64,000 bases of DNA from Candidatus Rokuibacteriota bacterium. Its GTDB lineage: Bacteria > Methylomirabilota > Methylomirabilia > Rokubacteriales > CSP1-6. Numbering within the stretch: the stretch's first letter is position 1; each line of letters starts with the position of its first letter. Positions 10,521 through 20,728 of the stretch are shown here, in pieces. The DNA is taken from assembly GCA_016184365.1 (NCBI GenBank), contig JACPCW010000110.1, forward strand, positions 28,611-92,610, in the 5' to 3' direction. Position numbers and translations under genes: made by a program. The notes below the pieces were generated by a model. That model searched no databases. It was not told the origin of the DNA and saw only the letters and a program-made list of their open reading frames with translations.

Positions 10521-10570
10521 CGGGGCCCGGCCCTACGTTCGGATCAAGCGCGTCGGCCATCAGATCCCCG

Positions 10571-11761
10571 TCATCGCGTGAGGTGGATCAGCAGCGCCAG
10601 GTAGTCGGTGAGATGGCGGGTGATGAGGAACGAGCGCCGGACGAGCTCGCGGCCCGTCGCGCCCATGCGCGCCATGAGCTCCGGGTTGTTCAGCAGGTAG
10701 CGGATGCGGAACGCGGCGCCTTCGACCGACTGCACGGTGTAGCCCGTGACGTCGTAGATGACCTGCTGCGTGAGGCCGCCCGCGAAGCCCGCGATGACGG
10801 GCTTGCCCTTCCACATCGCCTCCGCGGCGGAGAGGCCGAAGCCTTCGCGCACGGATTTCTGCAGGACGATCGCCGCGGCGCGCTGGAGCGCGTTGATCTG
10901 CAGATGCGCGTCGGCCGGCAGCTCGAGCACGATCACGTCCTCGTCGTCGGTCGCGGCTTCGCGCAGCTGCGCGAGCACGTCGAGGCTCTCGCGCTCGTCG
11001 CCGGCGGTGCCCGCGAGCACGAGCCGCACCGGATGATCCTTCTTCACCAGCCGGTAGGCGTTCACGACGCCGACCGGATCGGCGCCCCCGGTGAACGGGC
11101 CGACCTGCACGAGGAGCGGCCGGTCGGTCGGCACGCGCAGCCGCCCGAGGATCGTCGCGACCTCGCGCGGGGGCAGATCGCGGTTCTTCGCGGACAGCGG
11201 ATCGATCGACGGATGGATCACGTACTGCGGCACGTTGAGCCGGCGCGCGAACTTCGGCAGCGAGAAGATCGTCGCGTCGTACTGCGAGAGGTGCGAGCGC
11301 ATGAACGACCACGCCCGGCGGTGCGCGCGGGAGCAGTCGAGGTGACACCGCCAGACCCAGCGGCCGTGGCCGGTCCGGTGGTGCACGAGCGTCGCGGGCT
11401 GCACGTCGTGCACGAGCACGAGGTCGCCGTCCAGCTGGAGCTTCTTGGCGTTGATGCGGTTCATCTCGACGTAATGCGCGAGGCTTTCGTCGGTGAGCAC
11501 GCGCTCCTCGCCCGTCAGCGCCGCGGTCAGCGCGCGCGCCGTCGCGTAGAACTGCGGGTCGCCGCCGGTGATCTCCCACGCGGCGTCGACGCCGAGGTCG
11601 GCCATGATCGGCACGAGCGCGTTCAGCATCTCGGCCGCGCCGGCGCCGAAGCGCCCGCCGGACAGGTGCAGGAAGCGCTTGCCCTGCACGCGCTCGGCCA
11701 GTCGCATGATGATGTCGACGACGCCCCGGGGCGCGACGTCGCGATACGCCTCGATCCGCAT
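10571..11761 (-). CDS. treT: trehalose glycosyltransferring synthase (GT4), NDP-glucose + glucose -> trehalose
   Basis: 396 aa starting MRIEAYRDVAPRGVVDII. Matches TreT-type GT4 (..FLHLSGGRFGAGAAEMLNALVPIM.., ..EGFGLSAAEAMWKGKPVIAG..). ATG overlaps the upstream stop (TGATG). Confidence 0.8.
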   Translation of the reverse strand: MRIEAYRDVAPRGVVDIIMRLAERVQGKRFLHLSGGRFGAGAAEMLNALVPIMADLGVDAAWEITGGDPQFYATARALTAALTGEERVLTDESLAHYVEMNRINAKKLQLDGDLVLVHDVQPATLVHHRTGHGRWVWRCHLDCSRAHRRAWSFMRSHLSQYDATIFSLPKFARRLNVPQYVIHPSIDPLSAKNRDLPPREVATILGRLRVPTDRPLLVQVGPFTGGADPVGVVNAYRLVKKDHPVRLVLAGTAGDERESLDVLAQLREAATDDEDVIVLELPADAHLQINALQRAAAIVLQKSVREGFGLSAAEAMWKGKPVIAGFAGGLTQQVIYDVTGYTVQSVEGAAFRIRYLLNNPELMARMGATGRELVRRSFLITRHLTDYLALLIHLTR

Positions 11762-12426
11762 CACCCGCGGCCCCCGTCGAGCGTGCCGTCGACGAGCGCG
11801 AGCACCCGGGCCCGAATGCGCTCGAGGTTCGTCATGTAGGTGTCCAGGCGCTCGATCCGCGTGGCGAGCTCCGGCAGGTGCAGCGACCCCCGGATCCATT
11901 CAGCGAAGTCGTCGGTGCGGCGCCGCAGTCGCGCGCGGGCCTCGACCATGTGCACGTAGATCGCGCTCGCGTCGACCTCGGCGAGCGCGGTGCGGAACTC
12001 GGCGAGCGTGAACGCCGGGCTGCCGAGCGCCACCTCGACGATGTGCGCCTGCTGGAAGTAGAACGGCTCGCCGAACTCGACGCGCGGCACCGTCGACAAT
12101 CGCGCGAGGTGGTCGTCGATGATGCCGCAGAGGTCGTCGCGGAGCTCGTCGAGGCTGCGCGAGTCGAACGGGTTCACGACGCCGAGCCGCTCGGCGAGCG
12201 CCATGTCCCGCACGTGGACCGCGACCCAGGCGGCGAAGTCGTTGCCGTACGGCGTGCTCATCGGCCGATGCCGCAGGAAGTAGCCGTGCGTGTGGTAGTA
12301 GACCGAATCGAGCGGCACCTCTTCGAGCCGGTCCATCAGCTCGCGCTCGTCGAGCGCGCGCCGGCCCACGACCTGCCGGAGCTCGACGCACCCCATGAAC
12401 TGGAACGAGGACTCGGCGCGGGTCAT
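11761..12426 (-). CDS. conserved hypothetical protein (treT-associated DUF)
   Basis: 221 aa starting MTRAESSFQFMGCVELRQ... ATG overlaps the treY stop (ATGA) and its stop overlaps the treT start. Confidence 0.55.
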   Translation of the reverse strand: MTRAESSFQFMGCVELRQVVGRRALDERELMDRLEEVPLDSVYYHTHGYFLRHRPMSTPYGNDFAAWVAVHVRDMALAERLGVVNPFDSRSLDELRDDLCGIIDDHLARLSTVPRVEFGEPFYFQQAHIVEVALGSPAFTLAEFRTALAEVDASAIYVHMVEARARLRRRTDDFAEWIRGSLHLPELATRIERLDTYMTNLERIRARVLALVDGTLDGGRG

Positions 12427-15302
12427 GCGGATCGCTCCAGCAGCGCGACGGGGAAATCCTCGAGGGCGGCGCCGGCGGTCACGACGACCGTGTCGCCCTC
12501 GGCAACGGGCGCGACCGTGCGTCCGGTGAACACGTTGCGGAGCGGCGTGCCGGCACTGACGGGCACCGCCACGCGCGTGTCGTCCCAGTACGCCACGCCG
12601 AGCGGCAGCACGTGGATGTCCCGGCGCGCGAGCAGCCGCGGCGCGATCACGACGGCGACGTCCGCGCCGCGCGCGCGGGCGAACGCGCAGACGCTGTCGC
12701 TCCACGTGCCCGTCGCCGTCAGCGGGTGGTACGCGCCGGAGATGAACAGCTCGCGGCGCAGCCGCCGGAACTGCAGCGCCTGCCGGATCAGGTAGAGCTT
12801 CACGCGGCCGTCCTCCGCCGTCTCGACCAGTCGGCGCGCCAGCCCGGCGAGGTCGGCCGTCGCGTCGATCTCGCGGGTGAGCTCCTCGAGCATGCGGCGC
12901 CGCAGCGCGAAGTCGACGGGCCGGCGATTGTCGGGGTCGACGAGCGAGAAATCCCAGAGCTCCGTGCCCTGGTAGAAGTCGGGGAGGCCGGGCGCGGCGA
13001 TCTTCACGAGCGTCTGGGCGAGCGAGTTCAACCGGCCGAAATGCGCGACGCGCTGCTGGAACTCGGCGAGGTCGCGCAGGAACTCGCGCGAGCGCCTCGG
13101 GTCGACGATCGCCTCGGCGAAGCGGCCGATGGCCTCGTCGTACCGCTGGTTCATGTTGATCCAGCTCGTGTGCGTCTTGGCCTCGCGCACCGCTTTCAGG
13201 ATGTACGCGCGCAGCCGCGCGCCATCGATCGGCCAGGCGCCCACGAGCGTCTGATAGAGCAGGTACTCCTCGTTCGCGCCCGGCACGGGGTCACCGTCGA
13301 CGACGGTGCGCAGACGCCGGTTCAGGCGCTGCCAGCGCCCGACCCGGCCGCGCCACTCGTCCGCGATCTCGGACAGCACGTTGATGCGCGCGCGCACGTC
13401 CTCGCTCCGCTTCGTGTCGTGCGTCGACGTCGCGGACAGCGACGCCGGCTCGCGGTCTTGCCGCTCGGCCATCGCGGTGTGGAACTCGCCGAGCGGGGTG
13501 CCGAACCGGCTCGGATCGCCGCCGACTTCGTTCAGCGACGTCAGGCGGTTGTACCGGTAGAGCGCGGTGTCCTCGTAGCCCTTCGCGGTGACGGGGCCGG
13601 TGATCTGCTGGACGCGCATCACGAAGTCGATCCGCTCGCGCCGCTCGGCCTCGTCGGCCCACGCCGGGAAGCGCAGCGCCAGGAGGTCGCGGACCCAGTC
13701 GTACGTCGAGACGTCCAGCGTCGGGGTGCGGCGCTTCGCGCCGTCGACGGCGCGATCGAGGCGCTCGATGTCCGCGCTGTCGTCGCCGCTCTCGCCGAAG
13801 TACGTCCGGTAGACGGGGAACGCCGCGATGATCTCGCGCAGCGCGCGCGTCAGGCTGCGCAGCGTGAAGTCGCGCGACGACCGGTGTTTCTCCGAGATGC
13901 GATTCAGCCGATGGCCGAGCACGTTCAGCTCGGACGCCATCGACGTCTCCATGATGAGGCGCTTGGCGTCGTACACGAGCTCGGTGAAGACGACGCGCTG
14001 CCGCAGGAGCCGCACGTACAGCCGTTCGAGCGCGATCGCCGCCTTGCGGTCGACGAAGATGCCGTTCAGGAGATTCAGGAAGTCGTAGCCCGTGCTGCCG
14101 GCGACGGCCCAGTTCTCCGGCAGCCGCTCGCCGGGCGACAGGATCTTTTCCGCCACGACGTAGAACGGCCGCCCGACCGCTTCGAGGCACGCCTCCTGGA
14201 GGCGCGCGAAGTACTCCGCCGGGGCGTAGAGGCCGTCCGGGTGATCGATGCGCAGGCCCGTGACGGCGCCGTCGCGGACGAGCTGGAAGATCACCCGATG
14301 CGTGCGATCGAAGACCTCGCGGTCCTCCATCCGGATCGCGGCGAGGTCGTTGATGTCGAAGAAGCGCCGGTAGTTGATCTCCTCCCCGGCGACTCTCCAG
14401 TACGCGGGGCGGTACGCCTGGTCGCTGACGAGGTCGTCGAGCAGATCGAAGCTCCGGGGCTCGCCGGGCGTGCCGTTGAAGCGCCGGACGTTCTCGTCGA
14501 CGAACGCGCGCACCCCGGGCGACCGTTCCAGCAGCGCGACGAGGCGCTGGCGCCCGCGCTCCTTTTCCCCGTCGCGCGCGGCGACGCGCGCGGGATCGCG
14601 CTCGGTCCGCGGCGGAATCGTGGCGAGCCAGGTGATGACGCTCTTGAGCTCGACGAGATCCGCGTGGTCCGCGCCGAGCGCGTCCTGGAGCTGTTCGAGG
14701 CGGTGCCCGAGGACGCGGCCGTACGACCGCGCGGCGATCGGCAGGCGCCACTCGTAATAGACGAGCTCGAACAGGCCCTCGGTGAGCGCGAGCGAGAGCT
14801 CGCCGCGGTCGAGCACGGCGCCGTACTGGTCGCCGAGGATGGGCAGGAGCACGCGATCGTGGAGCTCGGCCTTCACCGGCCGCCAGTCGATGTCGAAGTA
14901 CGCGGCGTAGCGCGACGACGGCCCGTGCTCGAGCACGTCGCGCCACCAGTGATTCCGCGCGTGCGCGATGCCCATGTGGTTCGGCACGAGGTCGATCAGC
15001 AGTCCGAAGCCGCGGCGCTTCAACGCGTCCGCGAGGATCCGGAATCCCGCCTCGCCGCCCAGCTCGCCGCGCAGCGTGTCGTGATCGCTGACGTCGTAGC
15101 CGTGCGATCCGCTCGACGCGCTCTCGAAGAACGGCGACGTGTAGAGGTCCGTGATGCCGAGCGCGTCGAGATAGTCGAGGAGCCCGGCCGCGTCCTCGAA
15201 GCCGAGCTCCGGCCCGAGCTGCACGCGATACGTCGCGAGCGGCACCCGCGCGAGCGCGTCGGGCTCGCTGCGCAGGCGGTTGCGCGCGCGCGACGCCGTC
15301 AT
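12423..15302 (-). CDS. treY: malto-oligosyltrehalose synthase, GH13
   Basis: 959 aa starting MTASRARNRL.. and showing ..LGITDLYTSPFFES.., ..LLIDLVPNHMG.., ..GLRIDHPDGL... ATG overlaps the upstream GH57 stop (ATGA). Confidence 0.85.
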   Translation of the reverse strand: MTASRARNRLRSEPDALARVPLATYRVQLGPELGFEDAAGLLDYLDALGITDLYTSPFFESASSGSHGYDVSDHDTLRGELGGEAGFRILADALKRRGFGLLIDLVPNHMGIAHARNHWWRDVLEHGPSSRYAAYFDIDWRPVKAELHDRVLLPILGDQYGAVLDRGELSLALTEGLFELVYYEWRLPIAARSYGRVLGHRLEQLQDALGADHADLVELKSVITWLATIPPRTERDPARVAARDGEKERGRQRLVALLERSPGVRAFVDENVRRFNGTPGEPRSFDLLDDLVSDQAYRPAYWRVAGEEINYRRFFDINDLAAIRMEDREVFDRTHRVIFQLVRDGAVTGLRIDHPDGLYAPAEYFARLQEACLEAVGRPFYVVAEKILSPGERLPENWAVAGSTGYDFLNLLNGIFVDRKAAIALERLYVRLLRQRVVFTELVYDAKRLIMETSMASELNVLGHRLNRISEKHRSSRDFTLRSLTRALREIIAAFPVYRTYFGESGDDSADIERLDRAVDGAKRRTPTLDVSTYDWVRDLLALRFPAWADEAERRERIDFVMRVQQITGPVTAKGYEDTALYRYNRLTSLNEVGGDPSRFGTPLGEFHTAMAERQDREPASLSATSTHDTKRSEDVRARINVLSEIADEWRGRVGRWQRLNRRLRTVVDGDPVPGANEEYLLYQTLVGAWPIDGARLRAYILKAVREAKTHTSWINMNQRYDEAIGRFAEAIVDPRRSREFLRDLAEFQQRVAHFGRLNSLAQTLVKIAAPGLPDFYQGTELWDFSLVDPDNRRPVDFALRRRMLEELTREIDATADLAGLARRLVETAEDGRVKLYLIRQALQFRRLRRELFISGAYHPLTATGTWSDSVCAFARARGADVAVVIAPRLLARRDIHVLPLGVAYWDDTRVAVPVSAGTPLRNVFTGRTVAPVAEGDTVVVTAGAALEDFPVALLERSA

Positions 15303-17689
15303 GCCGGCAGCGGAAGCGCGAAGCCGAGCAGCTCCGCGAGGGGGGTGAGCGACGCGTGCGCTTCGGGCCGCGCGCGCCACAGGTCGAAGAACTCGTTCTG
15401 CACGACCCAGAGCTCGAACGGCGCGTCGATCGTGCGCGCGCCGGTGACGATCGCGACCGCTTCCGCGATGCGCGCGGTCGTCGGCTCGGCACGGACGCGG
15501 TCGAGCGCGTCGTGGATCGCGCGGGTCACGGCGTCTCTCGCGGGCTCGAGCTCGAGGCGCAGGCCGAGGCGGCGGGCCTCCTCGGCGACTTCGAGCGCGG
15601 GCGCCGGAATCCCGCCGAGCGCCGGGGCGCCTCGCAGCAGGGCGACCGTCTCCAGCTCCATGACGTGTCGGCCGATCAGCGACAGCGTCTCCGGAATGGG
15701 CGCGTCCGCCGCGCGCAGGTAATGGACGAGCTTGCGGCTCTCGTCCCAGATCCGCCGGTACGTGGCCTCGTGCCGCTCGAGCACGGCCGCGGTCACGTCC
15801 GCGAGCACGCGGCGGCGTTCCTCGAGGAAGAGGTCGGGCAGGCCGAAGGACGGCCCCGGGAAGGCGTCGTCCATCGCGCGGACCATGTCGGCCATGCTGT
15901 GCCGCTGGTACCGGCCGAGCAGGTCCGTCTGGAGCGCTTCGTACGCCGCGCGGTCCTCGAACGGCCGGACGCCGCACGTGAAGTCGTGGCCGCCGAAGTG
16001 GAGGACGCCGTAGACCGACTCGCGCGCGTCCCCGGTGACTCCGGAGCTGACGCGGACGTGCGCGATGCGCAGCGCCGTCGTGTCGTAGGCCTCGCGCTCG
16101 TCGTCGAGACGCTCGATGCGCCAGGCGTAGACCCGGGCGTCCTCCGGCCGCTCCTCGAACATCCCGCTGATCGCGTAGTGGGCGATCACCCGGCGAACGT
16201 CGACCACGGCCGGGCGGACGTACCGCCGGTAGACGGCGGCGCCGTCGGGCAGGTCCCGGTCGTTCGTGGCGGCCGCGCCGAGGCGGCGGACGAAGTCCGC
16301 CTCGAGCGAGGGGCCGCCGAGGTCGTGCAGGTACTGCATCGCCATGGCCGCGTATTTCAAGATCTGGACCGGTTCCAGGCCCGCCAGCTCGTCGAAGAAC
16401 CAGCCGCACGACGTGTACATGAGCAGCCGGTTGCGCTGGAGCTCCAGGAGCCGGCGCGCCTCCACGCTGCCGCCGGCGTCCAGGGTGGCGCGCTGGTGGC
16501 CGCTCAGGAAGTCGGCAACCCGGCCGGGCGAGCGGTCGAGGATGACGTCCACGTAGCGGTCGCGTGCCGCCCACGGGTCTTTCAGGATCTCGCCGGCCCG
16601 GGCCTCGTAGAAGGGGTCGATCTGGTCACGGAGCCAGTCGAGCGCCTCGCGAAGCGGCCCGCGCCAGCGCTGGTGGCTGTCGCCGCGGACGCGGCATCCG
16701 CAGTCCGCCCGCCACCGCTCGACGCCGTGCGAGCAGCTCCACGAGGTCAGCTCGTGGAGCTCGACCTCGTGCGTCGGCGGGTGCCCGGCGAGGAACGCGC
16801 CGTAGTTCGTGAGGTCGGCGACCGCCTCGCGCTCGATCTGCTGGATGGCGGCGGCGAGCGCCATCTCGCCGAACCGGCTGTGATGGCCGTACGACTCGCC
16901 GTCGGTGGCGCAATGGACGAGCTGCGGCCAGTTCCGGGCGTCGGAAAACCCGCCGCGCAGACGTTTCACGAGGTTCTCCCCGCGGTTCAGGGCGTCTCCG
17001 AACGCGATCGCCCGCGACACGGGACCGTCGTAGAAGAAGAGCGCCAGCGACTGGCCGCGCGGCCCGCGCCAGAGATAGGCGCGGCTCGGATCGATCCGCT
17101 CCCCGACGTCCGTCCACGCCTCGGCGCCGATCGGCCGGATCCGCCACGCCTGGTGCGGGGCGAGGACCGTGAACCGGAGGCCGTGATCGGCCAGGATCGC
17201 GAGCGTTCCGTTGTCGACCGCGGTCTCCGGCAGCCACATGCCTTCGGGCTCGCGCCCGAAGCGCGCGCGGAAGTCCGCGAGGCCCCACCGCACCTGCGTC
17301 ACGCGGTCGCGGCGCGTCGCGAGCGGCATGATCATGTGGTTGTAGACCTGCGCCATCGCGTTCCCGTGGCCGTCGCGCGCCGCGGCGCTCGCGCGGTCGG
17401 CCGCCACGATCTTCGCGTACACGCTACTCGCGTGCCGGTCGAGCCACGTCAGCAGCGTCGGGCCGACGTTGAACGAGATCTTTTCGAAGTTGTTGACGAT
17501 GTCGTGGATGCGGTTGCGGTCGGTCACGCGCCGCGCGGCGGTGTTGGGCGCGTAGCACTCGGCGGTCACGCGGGCGTTCCAGTCGTGATACGGCGCGGCC
17601 GAGTCCTGCACCTCGACGGCTTCGAGCCACGGGTGCTCGCGGGGCGGCTGGTAGAAATGACCGTGAATGACGATCGAACGGGCGGGCAA
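15299..17689 (-). CDS. GH57 family glycoside hydrolase (DUF3536-type, alpha-glucan active)
   Basis: GH57 motif HGHFYQPPREHPW at the N-terminus. TTG start at 17689. GGAGGAG RBS sits in the 3' end of glgC. Confidence 0.75.
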   Translation of the reverse strand: MPARSIVIHGHFYQPPREHPWLEAVEVQDSAAPYHDWNARVTAECYAPNTAARRVTDRNRIHDIVNNFEKISFNVGPTLLTWLDRHASSVYAKIVAADRASAAARDGHGNAMAQVYNHMIMPLATRRDRVTQVRWGLADFRARFGREPEGMWLPETAVDNGTLAILADHGLRFTVLAPHQAWRIRPIGAEAWTDVGERIDPSRAYLWRGPRGQSLALFFYDGPVSRAIAFGDALNRGENLVKRLRGGFSDARNWPQLVHCATDGESYGHHSRFGEMALAAAIQQIEREAVADLTNYGAFLAGHPPTHEVELHELTSWSCSHGVERWRADCGCRVRGDSHQRWRGPLREALDWLRDQIDPFYEARAGEILKDPWAARDRYVDVILDRSPGRVADFLSGHQRATLDAGGSVEARRLLELQRNRLLMYTSCGWFFDELAGLEPVQILKYAAMAMQYLHDLGGPSLEADFVRRLGAAATNDRDLPDGAAVYRRYVRPAVVDVRRVIAHYAISGMFEERPEDARVYAWRIERLDDEREAYDTTALRIAHVRVSSGVTGDARESVYGVLHFGGHDFTCGVRPFEDRAAYEALQTDLLGRYQRHSMADMVRAMDDAFPGPSFGLPDLFLEERRRVLADVTAAVLERHEATYRRIWDESRKLVHYLRAADAPIPETLSLIGRHVMELETVALLRGAPALGGIPAPALEVAEEARRLGLRLELEPARDAVTRAIHDALDRVRAEPTTARIAEAVAIVTGARTIDAPFELWVVQNEFFDLWRARPEAHASLTPLAELLGFALPLPA

Positions 17690-17696
17690 CGGCGTG

Positions 17697-18938
17697 TTAC
17701 ATCTCCTCGAGACCCAGGAGGAACTCGCGGCGTCCGCCGCGCGGGACGACGACGATGCCGGACCCGTCGACGTGGTAGCGCCGCCGGTCGGCCTCGCGGT
17801 CGAAGCCGATCTCGGTGTCCGCGGCGACGATGTTGTAGCGGTCGACGATCGCGCGGCGCAGGCGCGCGCCCTTCCCCACCGTCGTGTGGTCCATGATGAT
17901 CGAGTCCTCGATGTGCGCGCCTTCGTTGACCCACACGCTCCGGCCGAGGATCGAGTTCCGCAGCGTGGCGCGCTTCACGAGCGACCCTTCCGCGACCTGC
18001 GTGTTGTCGATGTCCGAGCCGATGAAGCGCGCGGCCGGACCGGGATGCACGCCGGTGCGGATCGGCCAGTAGCGGTTGTCCAGGTCGAAGCGCGGCGATT
18101 CGCCGAGCAGGTCCATGTGCGCGTCCCAGTACGACTCGATGCTGCCCACGTCGCGCCAGTACCCGACTTCCTCGTACGGCTTGATGCCCGGCACCTCGTT
18201 GGCCGTGAAGTCGTACGCGAACACGCGGCCGCCCGGCACGAGCTCCGGAATGATCGAGCGGCCGAAATCGTGGTCGGTCGACCGCCGCGCGTCGGCGAGG
18301 AGCGCGTCGACCAGCGCGCGCCGGCTGAAGAGGTAGTTCCCCATCGAGACCAGCGAATGCGCCGGGTCGTCGGGCATGGACTTCGGCTCGCGCGGCTTTT
18401 CGTCGAACTCGATGACGCGCGACGCGCGGTCCACCGCGAGCACGCCGAACGACGAGGCCTCGCGGATCGGGACGTGGCGCGCCGCGACCGTGACGTCCGC
18501 GCCGGTCTCGCGGTGGAACGACACCATCTGCGCGACGTCCATCCGGTACACGTGGTCGGCGCCGAACACGGCGATGACGTCGGGGTTGAAGTCGTCGACC
18601 AGGTTCAGGTTCTGCAGCACGGCGTCGGCGGTGCCGCGGTACCACGCGGGACCGAAGCGCATCTGTGGCGGCACGACGGCGACGAAGTAGTCGGGGACGA
18701 TGCCCGTCGTGCGCCAGGACAGGCGCAGGTGCTCGATGAGCGACTGGGACTTGTACTGGACCAGGACGTAGAGCGACAGCATCTCGGAGTTCACGAAGTT
18801 CGACAGCACGAAGTCGATGATGCGGTAGCGCGCGCCGAACGGCACCGCGGGCTTCGAGCGTTCGCGGGTGAGCGGATGCAGGCGCTCGCCCTTGCCGCCC
18901 GCCATGATCATCGTCAGAACGCGCGGGCGCCGGGCCAT
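17697..18938 (-). CDS. glgC: glucose-1-phosphate adenylyltransferase
   Basis: 413 aa with ..MIMAGGKGERLHPLTRERSKPAVPFGARYRIIDF.. and a C-terminal LbH domain. Confidence 0.9.
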   Translation of the reverse strand: MARRPRVLTMIMAGGKGERLHPLTRERSKPAVPFGARYRIIDFVLSNFVNSEMLSLYVLVQYKSQSLIEHLRLSWRTTGIVPDYFVAVVPPQMRFGPAWYRGTADAVLQNLNLVDDFNPDVIAVFGADHVYRMDVAQMVSFHRETGADVTVAARHVPIREASSFGVLAVDRASRVIEFDEKPREPKSMPDDPAHSLVSMGNYLFSRRALVDALLADARRSTDHDFGRSIIPELVPGGRVFAYDFTANEVPGIKPYEEVGYWRDVGSIESYWDAHMDLLGESPRFDLDNRYWPIRTGVHPGPAARFIGSDIDNTQVAEGSLVKRATLRNSILGRSVWVNEGAHIEDSIIMDHTTVGKGARLRRAIVDRYNIVAADTEIGFDREADRRRYHVDGSGIVVVPRGGRREFLLGLEEM

Positions 18939-18942
18939 GGGA

Positions 18943-20646
18943 TCAGCGCGCGACGATGGCCGCGTTTCCCCAGGCGGGGTCGAGGTCGGGGAAGCAGAAG
19001 TCCTCGCGCTCGAGGCGGCGCAGGAGATCGGCGCCCTCGACGCTCATCGGATCGCCCGCCATGAGCCGGCGCGCCATCTCGCCAAGGCGTTTGAACTCGG
19101 CGTAGTGCTCGGCGACGCGGCGCTCGGCGTAGTCGCGCGCGGCGCCGGTCGTGATGAGGAACTGCCAGTCCGAGGCCTGGAGCAACAGGAGCTCGCGCGT
19201 CGCCTGCGTGATGACGCGCTTCAGCTCGCGCGGATCGTCCGTCGCGTGCGCGAGCAGCTCGACCCACTCCGTCTCGGCGCTGTACACGCGGTCCCACGTC
19301 CATTCGGTGTCCGGGTTCAGCCAGACGCGATGGTCGCCGCCCTCGCCCCACGACCCTTCCGGCAGCGACAGCGTCGTGCGCGCCGGCACGGCCTCGAGCG
19401 CCTCGCCGAGCGTCATCGCCGGCACCTTCGCGCGCGCGAGCTCGCGGGCCACTTCGCCGAGCCACGCCGGCCCCTCGAACCACCAGTGGCCGAACAGCTC
19501 CGAGTCGTACGGCGAGCAGACGACGGCTTCCCCGTCGCGCCGCGCGTCCGCGATCGTGCTCTTGACGAGCTCCGCGAAGTGGCGCGCCTGGAGGTGCACC
19601 TTCTCGCGCGCGACGTCCGGGTCGTAGACCTGCTTTCCGCCGAGATCGCGCGAGGCGTCCGTGATGCGCCAGAACCGCAGGCCGCCCGGGAAATGCTTCT
19701 TGTGGAACTCGAGATAGTTGAACTCTCCGGGATAACCGTGATCGCGGCTCCACACCTGCAGCGTCGTGCGCGGGTCGCGAAAGAACGCCGTCGCGTCTCC
19801 GGTCCCGCCGCGCGACGCCACGCGGTACGACGCGTACGGCGACCGCGGGCCGGCGCTCGACGCCTTCATCGCCGGCGCTCCCGTCATCTCCGGTCCGAGC
19901 GGGAAGTAGTCGCGGTACACGAAGATCGGCGCGCCGGCGGAGAGCAGGTGGGCGTCGGCGACGAAGTACTCGAGGTTGTACTGCGCGAGGAATTCCTCGA
20001 TGCCGGGCCGCATGCGCCGTTCGCGTCCGCTCTCGCGTCCCGTCGGCGGCGTCCATTCGTAGCGCGGGCGATACGCGCATTCGGGCAGCCAGATGCCGCG
20101 CGGTGCCACGCCGAAGTGACGGCGATGCGTTTCGACGGCCGTGCGGAGCTGGAGATGGATCGATTCGTCGCGCGACAGCAGCGGCAGATACCCGTGCGTC
20201 GCGGCGCACGTCATGATTTCCACGTGGCCCGCGCGTTGCAAATCGGCGAACGTGCCGACGATGTCGCCGCCGATGCGACGGTGGAGCTCCCACATCCGCT
20301 CGTAGAACTCTTCCCAGAAGTGGGTGAGGCGGACGAGCTCCTTCTGACCTTCGCGTCCGAAGTGCTCGCGGCTCTCGACGCACGCGCGGCGGACGTTGTC
20401 GTAGTAGAACGAGAGCTCCTTCTGGAATTCGGGCGAGGCGAGCTGCTCGGCGAGGATCGGCGAGATGTTGAGCGTCCACTTCGGCGAGATGCCGTCGGCC
20501 ACCAGCCGATGAATGGTCTCGAGCAGCGGCAGATAGCACTCGAATGCGGCTTCGTTCAGCCAGTCGCTGCCATGCGGCCAGCGGCCGTGATTGACCACCA
20601 TCGGAAGATGGGAGTGGAGGACAAGTGAGAACGGAGACGCCATCAC
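18943..20646 (-). CDS. GH57-type 1,4-alpha-glucan branching enzyme
   Basis: 567 aa starting MMASPFSLVLHSHLPMVVNHGRWPHG.. (GH57 branching-enzyme signature). First gene of the operon. Confidence 0.8.
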   Translation of the reverse strand: MMASPFSLVLHSHLPMVVNHGRWPHGSDWLNEAAFECYLPLLETIHRLVADGISPKWTLNISPILAEQLASPEFQKELSFYYDNVRRACVESREHFGREGQKELVRLTHFWEEFYERMWELHRRIGGDIVGTFADLQRAGHVEIMTCAATHGYLPLLSRDESIHLQLRTAVETHRRHFGVAPRGIWLPECAYRPRYEWTPPTGRESGRERRMRPGIEEFLAQYNLEYFVADAHLLSAGAPIFVYRDYFPLGPEMTGAPAMKASSAGPRSPYASYRVASRGGTGDATAFFRDPRTTLQVWSRDHGYPGEFNYLEFHKKHFPGGLRFWRITDASRDLGGKQVYDPDVAREKVHLQARHFAELVKSTIADARRDGEAVVCSPYDSELFGHWWFEGPAWLGEVARELARAKVPAMTLGEALEAVPARTTLSLPEGSWGEGGDHRVWLNPDTEWTWDRVYSAETEWVELLAHATDDPRELKRVITQATRELLLLQASDWQFLITTGAARDYAERRVAEHYAEFKRLGEMARRLMAGDPMSVEGADLLRRLEREDFCFPDLDPAWGNAAIVAR

Positions 20647-20728
20647 CGAATGCCTTTCCTGATCAGGGCCGGGAGTGCCGCACCTCGTCCGATCGAACGT
20701 CGGGGTCGCTCGCGATCAATTGGACCGT
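20647..20728. promoter_or_regulatory. divergent intergenic/promoter region (GH57-BE operon <-> treZ)
   Basis: 82-bp spacer between divergent start codons. No confident -10/-35 read. Confidence 0.3.
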
